Virus record (IMG/VR): IMGVR_UViG_3300031957_002643 | Span: 124,001 to 188,000 of that record | DNA: 64,000 nt | Direction: 5' to 3' (one strand) | Part shown: piece by piece, positions 37,637-46,419 of the stretch | How the letters are laid out: each line of letters starts with the position of its first letter | Numbering within the stretch: the first letter of the stretch is position 1 | Translations under genes and position numbers: made by a program | The notes under the pieces: model-generated | What the model was told of the DNA's origin: nothing | The model's database searches: none | Seen by the model: the letters and a program-made list of their open reading frames with translations, nothing else

Positions 37637-38260
37637 TTATCGAGTAACTTCAATGTTACCCGGCTCATCTCTCATGTTATTCAATTGAACTCTAATGTTT
37701 CTCAAAAATGCCGCAGTATTCATTTTAAATTTGAACAATCCACGAATGGCACCAATGACAAAAGCCATACCCCAAATGAGTTTTAGTGACATCGCAAGAT
37801 CGTTGCCTTCAAGTTGAAAAACTTCTACCGCATGCTGTGCAGCACTAGCTCCAACCGTTGCAACAAGAAATGGCCGAAAAGCAGCATCGATAAATTCTTC
37901 ATCGATATTATCTTTTCTGTGATATCCAGCAATAGCTGCCGGAATAGCGGAAGCAAAATTCACACCAAGATCGAAAATTTTAAGTGCTGCTTCTGGTAAT
38001 TTCAGCGTGCTAACTAGGATACTAATCGCTGTGTCTTTTATAGAGCCTTCAGTAATCGTTGATTCCGATTGCATACCAAGAAAGTCTCTGATCGCCCCAA
38101 TTACCTTCTTGAAAAACGTTTCATCTTTTGGAAGACCAGCAAGTTCGTGCATTTCAGCTTTTACATTTTCTTCCATACGATGAAGAAAATCATCCCATTT
38201 AGCATCGCTTTGGGATTCAAACAAAATATCGTTTAATTGTTTTGGGGTAATGTAAGACAC
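37637..38260 (-). CDS. Hypothetical, possibly membrane/virion protein
   Basis: ORF with ATAAATA upstream; ILFES and ITEGS motifs. Confidence 0.7.
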   Translation of the reverse strand: MSYITPKQLNDILFESQSDAKWDDFLHRMEENVKAEMHELAGLPKDETFFKKVIGAIRDFLGMQSESTITEGSIKDTAISILVSTLKLPEAALKIFDLGVNFASAIPAAIAGYHRKDNIDEEFIDAAFRPFLVATVGASAAQHAVEVFQLEGNDLAMSLKLIWGMAFVIGAIRGLFKFKMNTAAFLRNIRVQLNNMRDEPGNIEVTR

Positions 38261-38305
38261 AAATATCTCCTTGGTTAAGAGATATTTATCTCAATTATGA
38301 AATTT

Positions 38306-38391
38306 TGGTGCGGCTGGGGAGACTCGAACTCCCACGGGATTGCTCCCACTGCCCCCTCAAGACAGCGCGTCTACCATTCCGCCACAGCCGC
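38306..38391 (-). tRNA. trnL: tRNA-Leu(GAG)
   Basis: CTGTC-TTGAGGG-GGCAG, long variable arm, ACCA. Confidence 0.93.
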
Positions 38392-38412
38392 ACAGGGTAT
38401 TTCTATTTAGAG

Positions 38413-38492
38413 TGCAATTGGAAGGACTCGAACCTTCACGGGGTCTATCCCACAGCCGTCGCTGCGCGTCTACCAGTTTCCGCCACAATTGC
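38413..38492 (-). ncRNA. tRNA-Leu-like RNA whose anticodon arm is reduced to a 4-bp stem with a GACG tetraloop
   Basis: Perfect 7-bp acceptor GCAATTG/CAATTGC, Leu-type D arm, variable arm and T arm, A73, no CCA. Confidence 0.8.
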
Positions 38493-38497
38493 AAAAA

Positions 38498-38890
38498 TTA
38501 TTCTTCGTCCTTGACCTTGAACAATGGAGTTCTTGGTTCACCACTCAGCGTGTCATTATGAATAGCTTGAAGGAAACGATCCAGAAGGACAATACCAAGG
38601 TCTTCAAACAGGACATCACGGTTGGACTGTTTCCATACAACGCCTGTGCCTTTGGCCAAGGAACGCATAGCATTGTAATCTGGTTTGATTCCATTCTTGT
38701 GATAGGCCACATACGCATTCTGGAAGAGACGCCAATCTTCTGCCGCCGAATCAACTGCCTTGCCAGTCTTCGGCAAATACGAATTTACCAGATTGACATC
38801 ATCACGGCGAAAGCCTTTAACGAGAGTATCAGTTACCATTTCGAACTCCATATTCTTGATGAGAATATATCGTCTATATTGGATTGTCAA
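38498..38890 (-). CDS. Hypothetical protein
   Basis: ORF track (true start probably the internal Met). Confidence 0.6.
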   Translation of the reverse strand: MTIQYRRYILIKNMEFEMVTDTLVKGFRRDDVNLVNSYLPKTGKAVDSAAEDWRLFQNAYVAYHKNGIKPDYNAMRSLAKGTGVVWKQSNRDVLFEDLGIVLLDRFLQAIHNDTLSGEPRTPLFKVKDEE

Positions 38891-38902
38891 TCTATAAAAT
38901 GA

Positions 38903-38933
38903 AAAAGGACCGCTACAACTCAGCGATCCTTTT
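38903..38933 (-). terminator. Intrinsic terminator
   Basis: AAAAGGATCGCT-GAGTTGT-AGCGGTCCTTTTT. Confidence 0.75.
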
Positions 38934-39143
38934 CCGGTTAGATGTGCTTCCGACTCTGTTGGTTAGTGCTGGTATGCGTCAGCCAGAGCCTTGGAAATCT
39001 TGGGTGCATACTCCTATCTAAGCTAAATCATTGAGTTGATCTTCGCTACGTCATGGGTTCCACCTTCCTCATTTAATCCTATCTAGCCTTCCACAAAAAC
39101 TTTTTCTTTTCTAAATCTACAAAGGGGGCTTAAACTAGTCCAA

Positions 39144-39270
39144 TTTGGGTTCCTGCCTTTCTTTTAGCGAACATTAGACACAGGGGGTTTTCAAAAAATC
39201 AAGAGGTCTACAAGTGGGGGTTATCTTACTGCAATTTGGGTTCCTACCTTTCTTTCGGCGATAATTAGAC
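39144..39270. repeat. Two ~39-bp direct repeats, plus a partial third copy near 39054
   Basis: CAATTTGGGTTCCTGCCTTTCTTTTAGCGAACATTAGAC versus CAATTTGGGTTCCTACCTTTCTTTCGGCGATAATTAGAC. Confidence 0.8.
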
Positions 39271-39721
39271 GACAAACTTAGTTGGGGACAATGTTTTATG
39301 TTCCCCGTCAACACTGATGAATATATACGTCTTTACTAGAAAGTCAACTAGCAATTTCATTTGTAATGTTTTGGTAATGTTGGATAGATCGAACCGGACG
39401 ACTTACGGGGTTTTTCTTTGCCCTGCGCCCGGTTCTGGTTTCGCCGCCTTCGATCACGTTCATCGTTAGAAGCGTATGCCTATCAGATGTAGAACCACTA
39501 CTTTTATAAGGCGGGTTTGTAGCCTGCCTCGTCGGGGTCCAAATTCTCCCGCCCGGTTTTTCTATTGAACCGGATAACATTCAGAATGAACTGCAATTTT
39601 TACATCCCTCGGTTCCCTGATCTGGAGCGATGGTCTTGAACTCCATGGTTGGTGATGTTCAGCGGACAGATTATTTATATGATATTGATTTTTGAGTGTC
39701 AACGATGAAAATCAATCATCG

Positions 39722-39946
39722 TCAGTTTTTCATAGCGAACTGGCCAATTGTTGTAATTTCGTTTTGGCTTTTTTTAATGCTATGTGTTGCGGAATGCATA
39801 TAATGACCAAGTGCTCGAATCATATCGTCATGCGTTCCTAGATGTTTCTCTTCACCGTTGACGGTCATGTGATATTCTGACCCAAGACAAAGAACCTTGA
39901 TTGGACCATACGGAGAATCAACTTCAATAATGGTATCGTAATTCAT
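39722..39946 (-). CDS. Hypothetical protein
   Basis: ORF track. Confidence 0.6.
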   Translation of the reverse strand: MNYDTIIEVDSPYGPIKVLCLGSEYHMTVNGEEKHLGTHDDMIRALGHYMHSATHSIKKSQNEITTIGQFAMKN

Positions 39947-39974
39947 GATATTTTAAACTCCGTTGTTTTGAATC

Positions 39975-40298
39975 TTAAGTCTTCTTTGATCCATTTATGA
40001 TGATATCACGTTCTTTCTTGATCTGTTCTATATGTTTGCGTAATTCATCAGTAGCATCATTAAATTTTTTTTGTGCAGCATAAAAATCTCGTGCGGCTTC
40101 CAAATGATTCAACATAAGTCGGAAATTTTCCCAATAGTCTTCAGGAGCTTCTTCCTTAATCAACTTGTCAACATCTTCACGATTAGACACGCTGATGGTA
40201 AACGACCGTGTGTTAATTGTGAAGCTGCCATCTTTTTCAACTTTGACTTCAAAATCGTTGTTTTTCGCAATCAACGAATTTGCATTGTTGAGTTCCAT
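39975..40298 (-). CDS. Hypothetical protein
   Basis: ORF in operon. Confidence 0.65.
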   Translation of the reverse strand: MELNNANSLIAKNNDFEVKVEKDGSFTINTRSFTISVSNREDVDKLIKEEAPEDYWENFRLMLNHLEAARDFYAAQKKFNDATDELRKHIEQIKKERDIIINGSKKT

Positions 40299-40300
40299 GA

Positions 40301-41101
40301 TTAGTCCTTTGAAAATTGAGGCGACTCACGATCAAAGATGACTTCAACAGGATTTGTCAATTCCATAAAGCGATCTGTCGCCCAAGTCATCATCTGCGAG
40401 CGCGTGAAGGTTTCACCCGGATTAGGACGCTTCTTTTCAGGAATGCGAGAAATCTCTTCAATAGTCAATTCGCGCTGAACCAGATCACGAGTGATGAATG
40501 CACCATAACGGTATCGCATAGGAAGAGCAGAATAATCATATTCGGCATCTTCCATCATTTGGAGCATTTCGCGAGTACTGCAATTTTGAAGTTTGCTGTG
40601 ACCAAACACCGAATGAGCAGCAGACGTGATCGCATTGCGTCGGGCATCCAGATAGCGCCACCGAAGCATGTTCACAGCCTCCCATTTATCAGGAACACTG
40701 AGAACACGTGCATCAAAGTGGGGCAACCGATGGCAATACGGTTCCCAATTCTTGATGAGAGAGAACAACTTTGCAGTTGTCATCGACGCCAGCACAGAAT
40801 TGAGCTTGTGACTCTTTGCATCAAACAACATTTGAGCATTATCACCATCGACAAACCATACCAAGCTGATTTCATCGGATTGGGTATAACCGATGACTGC
40901 ATTGGTGGCTTCCACCAAATACTTGGTAGTGTCGATCATGGCTTGTGACAGCCGAGCATCGAACGGACGATCCATACCTCTGGTGAATTTGGAGAAAGAT
41001 CGGCCATCGATCCGTGCATAGATCGGGCGATCAGTCGGAAGGCGTCTACCGGTTTCATGAACCTCGTAGTTCTTCATCCGGTTTCCAAGATCGTCTTTCA
41101 T
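40301..41101 (-). CDS. thg1: tRNA-His guanylyltransferase Thg1-like protein
   Basis: RMKNYE, YARIDGRSFSKFT, GYTQSDEIS, FDAR, WRYLDARRN. Confidence 0.93.
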   Translation of the reverse strand: MKDDLGNRMKNYEVHETGRRLPTDRPIYARIDGRSFSKFTRGMDRPFDARLSQAMIDTTKYLVEATNAVIGYTQSDEISLVWFVDGDNAQMLFDAKSHKLNSVLASMTTAKLFSLIKNWEPYCHRLPHFDARVLSVPDKWEAVNMLRWRYLDARRNAITSAAHSVFGHSKLQNCSTREMLQMMEDAEYDYSALPMRYRYGAFITRDLVQRELTIEEISRIPEKKRPNPGETFTRSQMMTWATDRFMELTNPVEVIFDRESPQFSKD

Positions 41102-41163
41102 GTATTACTCCAAGCTTTTGTTTGAGTATACACGACCAATCCATAATGTCAAGTTAAAAATGG

Positions 41164-41283
41164 TGAAGCCCCCCGGCGATTAACCGGAGGGCTTCATTGG
41201 TCAACGGGACAAGATATCTCACTCATCCCGTTGATGGTGCTTGTGGCAAGGTGTTTCACTCACCACAAGCTCAGGATCACATC
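41164..41283 (-). ncRNA. Candidate sRNA: two hairpins with matching apical sequences, then a terminator
   Basis: TTGAAT-17-TATATA promoter upstream; hairpins at 41201..41234 and 41239..41270; terminator at 41164..41196. Confidence 0.6.
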
Positions 41284-41323
41284 TAATATATAGTACACGC
41301 CTGAAAATTATTCAAGCAAATTA

Positions 41324-41569
41324 TCAAAAAATTTCTGATTTTTTGATAACCTGTTCAGTTGAAAAGAAAAATCCCTTTGGGAATGGTACCTCGCCCATGT
41401 TGATATAAGAGATTTGATCAGATGGTACAATGATATTATTACCGTCTTCGTCCTTCATGCCCAAACCAACCATCGAAATAGCCCCTGCTGCCTCGATAGC
41501 TTTAGTGTTATCCTCAAATTCGAGGAAAATTTCTTTTTCAGATTTCAATACGACCGTTATATTGACCAT
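41324..41569 (-). CDS. Hypothetical protein
   Basis: ORF with SD and upstream promoter. Confidence 0.6.
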   Translation of the reverse strand: MVNITVVLKSEKEIFLEFEDNTKAIEAAGAISMVGLGMKDEDGNNIIVPSDQISYINMGEVPFPKGFFFSTEQVIKKSEIF

Positions 41570-41615
41570 TTGTGTAGCTCCATGTGACTCACCATAGTAT
41601 AAAACACTATTAAAT

Positions 41616-42092
41616 TTAGTGTGTCAATTTGGCGCTGATCATTGATTGGTCCTTATGAGCGTCAGTAAAATATTCAACATCCATATGATCCCAAAACGGA
41701 ATTGCACTTTTCTTAATATCATTGATTATCAAAACATTGTTCGGTGCCATCGCAACCAAAATACCAAGAACCCTTTCAGCATAACCTTGTTTTCTGAATT
41801 TCGGAGATATTTTGATATCGATCAACCTAAGAACTTGATCATCTTCTGTGATGCCTAACCCGAGTGTACCAATATCATCATCTTCTGAATTGTTCACAAT
41901 CAGGTAATTGATACGCCAGTGTTTGGGATATCCCTCGTATGATGTGATTTCACCACCTGATCCTACGGATGTCGGCATGAGATAAAAGCTTTTATCTGAC
42001 TGTCTGAAAAACACAGGAGCGTCACCGTACATCTGTTTGACGACATCATCGTATTTTTCTATTCGTCCTTCAAACAAATGCATCAACATCAA
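41616..42092 (-). CDS. GNAT-family acetyltransferase
   Basis: ISPKFRKQGYAERVL, SAIPFWDHM. Confidence 0.7.
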   Translation of the reverse strand: MMLMHLFEGRIEKYDDVVKQMYGDAPVFFRQSDKSFYLMPTSVGSGGEITSYEGYPKHWRINYLIVNNSEDDDIGTLGLGITEDDQVLRLIDIKISPKFRKQGYAERVLGILVAMAPNNVLIINDIKKSAIPFWDHMDVEYFTDAHKDQSMISAKLTH

Positions 42093-42640
42093 ACACGAAC
42101 CTTCCCACTGATCATATCTGATCGGCCTTGATCCTGAAAATATTCAATACCAAGAGATTCCCAAAACGGCTTAGCGTCATTTTGAATATCGTTGATAATC
42201 AGTTCATGGTTGGGTGCTATCGATGCAAGCATTCCGACTACACGAGTGGCCAATCCTTTACGTCTGAAGTCCTTGTTGGAATCATATCGGGTTTTAGGCT
42301 CGTCCCATATGTCTGCTTCATCTTCTTCGTCGTCTTCCCATGGGTTGGCTTCGACATTCCCATCATTGATTTCGATATTGATTAAACGAATTGGTGTATA
42401 ATCGTCCCAAACACCCAATGTGACTTCACCTACATGATTATCATCAAGCATGATGTTTCCATAAATGCGCATTTCTGGACGTTCTGTTTTGATTGATGTT
42501 ATCTTGCCATCACCTCTGTATATTGCGATATAAAAGTTACGATCCTCGCCATCGACATAAAGGGTTGCAATAGGATGCTTGTATACTTGAGCTTTTGGAT
42601 AGCGCTTAAGGCCTTCCATCAGAAGATGATTCAGTTTCAT
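42089..42640 (-). CDS. GNAT-family acetyltransferase, paralog of 41616..42092
   Basis: DFRRKGLATRVV, IAPNHELIINDIQNDAKPFWESLG. Confidence 0.7.
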   Translation of the reverse strand: MKLNHLLMEGLKRYPKAQVYKHPIATLYVDGEDRNFYIAIYRGDGKITSIKTERPEMRIYGNIMLDDNHVGEVTLGVWDDYTPIRLINIEINDGNVEANPWEDDEEDEADIWDEPKTRYDSNKDFRRKGLATRVVGMLASIAPNHELIINDIQNDAKPFWESLGIEYFQDQGRSDMISGKVRV

Positions 42641-42917
42641 CTGTTTGTGCCTTCCACTTTTCGTCCTTCTTATACCAATAATAAGTTCCACCAGTTATAA
42701 CACCGACAAACATTATGATTGCTACAACAATCATCAGAAGGTCATTTCCCGTCGAAGCGATACATTGAAACAATTCAACATCAGCTTCGAATTTTGCATC
42801 TAACGTTTCAGCGTTCCAATATGCTATATCGTGAGCATCACAGCACATTGATAAATCATTTCCTGCGATTTCATCAGGAAATTGAGTACAACCATCCATA
42901 TAATCTTCAGGCGGCAA
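42606..42917 (-). CDS. Phospholipase A2-like small protein with C-terminal transmembrane helix
   Basis: DGCT, CCDAHDIAY, ADVELFQC. Confidence 0.55.
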   Translation of the reverse strand: MPPEDYMDGCTQFPDEIAGNDLSMCCDAHDIAYWNAETLDAKFEADVELFQCIASTGNDLLMIVVAIIMFVGVITGGTYYWYKKDEKWKAQTDETESSSDGRP

Positions 42918-42918
42918 T

Positions 42919-43374
42919 TTACTTTGCTCTTATATTGGTGACTTTAATAGTCAGTGTTTCATCGATTCTCACCAATTCTGCTTTGAATTGAATGTCTTTA
43001 AAACTACCATTTTCAAATACAAAATATGACCAAGACGCTGTTCCATATCCAGACATCTTATCGGTCTTGGTTGGTTCGCATTCAAAAACCCTCATAAGTC
43101 GTTTGGCTATTTTCCCAATCAATACTGCTTTTTCAGCAGATGATGTCCAACCAGAACTTAGATATATATCAAACTTTGAAAACGTAACAAGCTTACCATC
43201 AACCTCATGATCTGAATACGATGGTGAATTTACGTGATCGATATCAACATTGAGAAGTGCTAAATGGTCCCGTATGGCACCGAATAGAAGTTCAACTGTA
43301 TATTTGTCTAAATCTACGGAATCTAACTGATTTTCCAAAATCATCATTATTTTTTCTTTAGTGTATTCCATCAA
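42919..43374 (-). CDS. Hypothetical protein
   Basis: ORF in operon. Confidence 0.7.
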   Translation of the reverse strand: MMEYTKEKIMMILENQLDSVDLDKYTVELLFGAIRDHLALLNVDIDHVNSPSYSDHEVDGKLVTFSKFDIYLSSGWTSSAEKAVLIGKIAKRLMRVFECEPTKTDKMSGYGTASWSYFVFENGSFKDIQFKAELVRIDETLTIKVTNIRAK

Positions 43375-43868
43375 ATATTCTTCCTAATTGCTTTAACTCG
43401 AATTTCGATCTCATCCAACTTATCGCTGATAAGTACATCAAAAATCATATCACCAAATGTAGCATTGGTGATTAGATAATTGACTCTCTTCATTCTCATC
43501 GCATCTTCTTCTTCGCGTTCGTCAAGATCACCACTCAATTGTTTATGAAGATGTTGAGCCAATTGCTTCATGATGATCACGCGACGATCAGATTGCATGT
43601 CTTCTGTGTCGATATTGACATAGAACCCATAAAGCTTCATCAAACGACCATCGATTGATCCTTCCTGTCCGCCCATGAATTGGTGTGTAGTTTTGAATTT
43701 CTTAGTTACATTCAAAAATCTCTTCATCAGATTTTCAGCTTTGGCTTCTTCCAAATCCACAAGTTTGACATCTGGATTAAACCCATCAACTGGATTTCCG
43801 CTTTCATCTTCATCACCAAATGCTTCATTAAGAATAGAATTCAACTGGTCTCTTGTCACATTAGACAT
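43371..43868 (-). CDS. Hypothetical protein
   Basis: ORF in operon. Confidence 0.7.
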   Translation of the reverse strand: MSNVTRDQLNSILNEAFGDEDESGNPVDGFNPDVKLVDLEEAKAENLMKRFLNVTKKFKTTHQFMGGQEGSIDGRLMKLYGFYVNIDTEDMQSDRRVIIMKQLAQHLHKQLSGDLDEREEEDAMRMKRVNYLITNATFGDMIFDVLISDKLDEIEIRVKAIRKNI

Positions 43869-44212
43869 TATTTTCTTCCTCTATATTTTAGAATTGATTG
43901 CATCGCATTCAAAAGTCCCTCATATTCATTCTGATCGCCATAAATGGCATCAAACCAGTTCAAAATATTCCTAAAAACAATAATAGATGAATTGTCTCTA
44001 TCCGGGTCTTGGCTCATTTCTATAAGCTGTTGCATTCTGCGGGCATTCATTTTTCTTGCGGATTTCCGATCATAGGTGCCACCGCCCTCTACAACTTGAA
44101 GCTCTTCGTCTTCGCGTGCCTGTTTCATAGCCTCTTCATCACCTGCATTGAAATCGGCAGGCGACATCTCATTCAGAATATCATGAATACTTTTTTTGAC
44201 GTTATCTGACAT
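43868..44212 (-). CDS. Hypothetical protein
   Basis: ORF with GTAAATA upstream. Confidence 0.7.
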   Translation of the reverse strand: MSDNVKKSIHDILNEMSPADFNAGDEEAMKQAREDEELQVVEGGGTYDRKSARKMNARRMQQLIEMSQDPDRDNSSIIVFRNILNWFDAIYGDQNEYEGLLNAMQSILKYRGRK

Positions 44213-44269
44213 ATGAAACCTCTTGTAGTATTTACACTATTGGTTCCGATATGTGCGATAGTATTGTAA

Positions 44270-44347
44270 TGGAGAACCGGGAGGGATTCGAACCCCCGGC
44301 GCATGGGGTAAAAACCCATCGCTCTGGCCAGACTGAGCTACCGGTTC
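44270..44347 (-). tRNA. trnK: tRNA-Lys(TTT)
   Basis: ATGGG-TTTTTAC-CCCAT, CCA. Confidence 0.9.
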
Positions 44348-44805
44348 AAAAATGGAATATTAACAAAATCATCAAACATACGAGTTGTATTTCCGTTTTT
44401 TGTTTTTGGTATTGTATGTCGAAATACTAACATAGTATTATTACTGTTTAGAGCCTCTTGAGCATTAATCCATGCGATCTTATCTGTTTCGTTGTCTACT
44501 ACTGCAAACCAGTCTATATGTTTGACATCATACCGAAATTTATAATTCGGACCAGATTTGGTAAGATATAATTTTGTTGTTTCTGGTGATGATTTTTCAC
44601 GATTATAACATTTAACTTGAACTTTGTGTAAATCTCCCTGTTCGTCTTCAACTATGAAATCTATTTTTGAATTATCACCAATGTCGGTAAAGACCGAAAG
44701 CCCATACTTTAAACATTGTGTAATAACCAAAAATTCACCATAAGAACCCAAATCTTTATTATGCATAAGTACCATCCGGTTAATTGTCTCATGGTACTTA
44801 TGCAT
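44338..44805 (-). CDS. PD-(D/E)XK homing endonuclease (I-Ssp6803I-like family); start at 44805, 44775 or 44766
   Basis: DLGSYGEFLV, SKIDFIV, KVQVK; located between two tRNA-Lys genes. Confidence 0.8.
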   Translation of the reverse strand: MHKYHETINRMVLMHNKDLGSYGEFLVITQCLKYGLSVFTDIGDNSKIDFIVEDEQGDLHKVQVKCYNREKSSPETTKLYLTKSGPNYKFRYDVKHIDWFAVVDNETDKIAWINAQEALNSNNTMLVFRHTIPKTKNGNTTRMFDDFVNIPFLNR

Positions 44806-44817
44806 AATATCAAAACT

Positions 44818-44892
44818 TGGTGAACCAGCCGGGATTCGAACCCGGAACAAAGGAATTAAAAGTTCCTTGCCTCACCATTCGGCCTCTGGTCC
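44818..44892 (-). tRNA. trnK: tRNA-Lys(TTT)
   Basis: AGGAA-CTTTTAA-TTCCT, CCA. Confidence 0.9.
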
Positions 44893-44904
44893 ATTAGATG
44901 CATT

Positions 44905-44981
44905 TGGTAAGCCGAGAGGGATTTGAACCCTCGACACGCGGAGTAAGAATCCGCTGCTCTGCCTGACTGAGCTACCGGCTT
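44905..44981 (-). tRNA. trnK: tRNA-Lys(CTT)
   Basis: GCGGA-TTCTTAC-TCCGC, CCA. Confidence 0.92.
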
Positions 44982-45711
44982 ACAAAATGCATCCTGATTT
45001 TTATAGGGAATAGGTTAACGCGCGCTTACGCACGTTTTCGTGCAGCACGTTTGGTTGCGATTGCTGGCATATGGAAGATCATTGCGTCCATGTTTTTACT
45101 TATAGTACTTTTCCGATCAGGTGTCAACACAGAAAATGCATTAAATGCGTTCCATACATGACATTGGTACCGTGATAGCAAGATGATCGGGGAGTGGATC
45201 ATCCAAAATGATGATACCAATCAGCTTGTCATCAGTTGCAGGCCCGGCATACGTTCCTTGAAAGGTCGTAGGGTTGGGAATATTCACGGTCTGAACCTTA
45301 TCACCAACTTTCAGCATTTTAATTACTCCATGTTCCATCAAATGCGAAACTAGTTTCGCAGTATCGTTTTTTCCTGTGTGTATGAATACAGTATCAGGCA
45401 TCAGGAAGCGGATACCACCCCTCAAGCCATTCATCAGGAAATCCACCATGACCGACAGGGGCAGCGAAGTTCCATCCAATATCGAATCCATCATCTGCAA
45501 GGCCCGGATGTCGCAAAACTGCATAAATGCCATTGAACCCTTTCAGATCAGGTCGATTGTCTCTCATTTCAGGATAGATGTTATCCCGAAATTTTACAAG
45601 TCGAGGTTTGCCATCTTTGATGTCATTCGTGATGGGTTGCATCTGAGTGTTTATAATGCGTTGTTCCTTGTGCATTGTGTTCTTATACCAGATATGCTAT
45701 AATTAGTCAAT

Positions 45712-46419
45712 ATGGAAAATAAGATCATATACAAAATTGGAAACCCAAAGCTAAGAGAAAAGTCTGAACTCGTAACAGACTTCTCAACGCTGGACATGTT
45801 TCTAATCCCCATGATGGAACGTGGCATTCAAGAAATGTGCGATCAGGGCGTTCGTGCCGCTGGTATCTCAGCCATTCAAGTTGGTGTTACCAAACAAGTT
45901 TTCATCATTACTCAAGAGTTTTCCCACAAAGTTGTGTGCAATCCAAAAATACTCTCATATGGGAAGAACTCCACCAGTATGTTAGAAGGTTGTTTGTCGG
46001 TTGATGATGAATTCTATGATATCACACGACCAGACAAGGTAAAAGTTGAATATCAAGACAAAACTGGCAAAACCATCAAGGAAACGATCAAAGGCTTCGA
46101 GGCACGTGTCTTCCAACACGAACTGGATCACCTTCATGGTATCATGATGCCAGACCGTGTTCTATTTGACGATGCTCTGATTGATGCGTGTATCAATCAT
46201 GATAATGATCGGATCGTCGAAATAGAATTAGATCGTAAAGAAGTAAATGATGAATTTGCAGTACATTGGACAACCCAAGTATTAAAAAAGTATGGACTTG
46301 AAAATAATACTGGACAAATTAGTGTTAGACGTATAAAAGAGATTTCAGATAGAAATCTTGCAATCAAAAAGATAAGACTGAAGGCGATAACTGATGAAGT
46401 ACAAATTTCCGACGATTGA
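45712..46419 (+). CDS. def: Peptide deformylase with C-terminal extension
   Basis: GISAIQVG, EGCLS, QHELDHLHG. Confidence 0.95.
   Translation: MENKIIYKIGNPKLREKSELVTDFSTLDMFLIPMMERGIQEMCDQGVRAAGISAIQVGVTKQVFIITQEFSHKVVCNPKILSYGKNSTSMLEGCLSVDDEFYDITRPDKVKVEYQDKTGKTIKETIKGFEARVFQHELDHLHGIMMPDRVLFDDALIDACINHDNDRIVEIELDRKEVNDEFAVHWTTQVLKKYGLENNTGQISVRRIKEISDRNLAIKKIRLKAITDEVQISDD

Noticed and set aside
39050-39270. CRISPR mini-array
   Set aside because: Only two imperfect repeats with irregular spacing, and no cas genes
39410-39440. c-di-GMP riboswitch or RNase P fragment
   Set aside because: Only short word matches (GCAGGGCAAA, CAGAACC); the remaining core elements are missing
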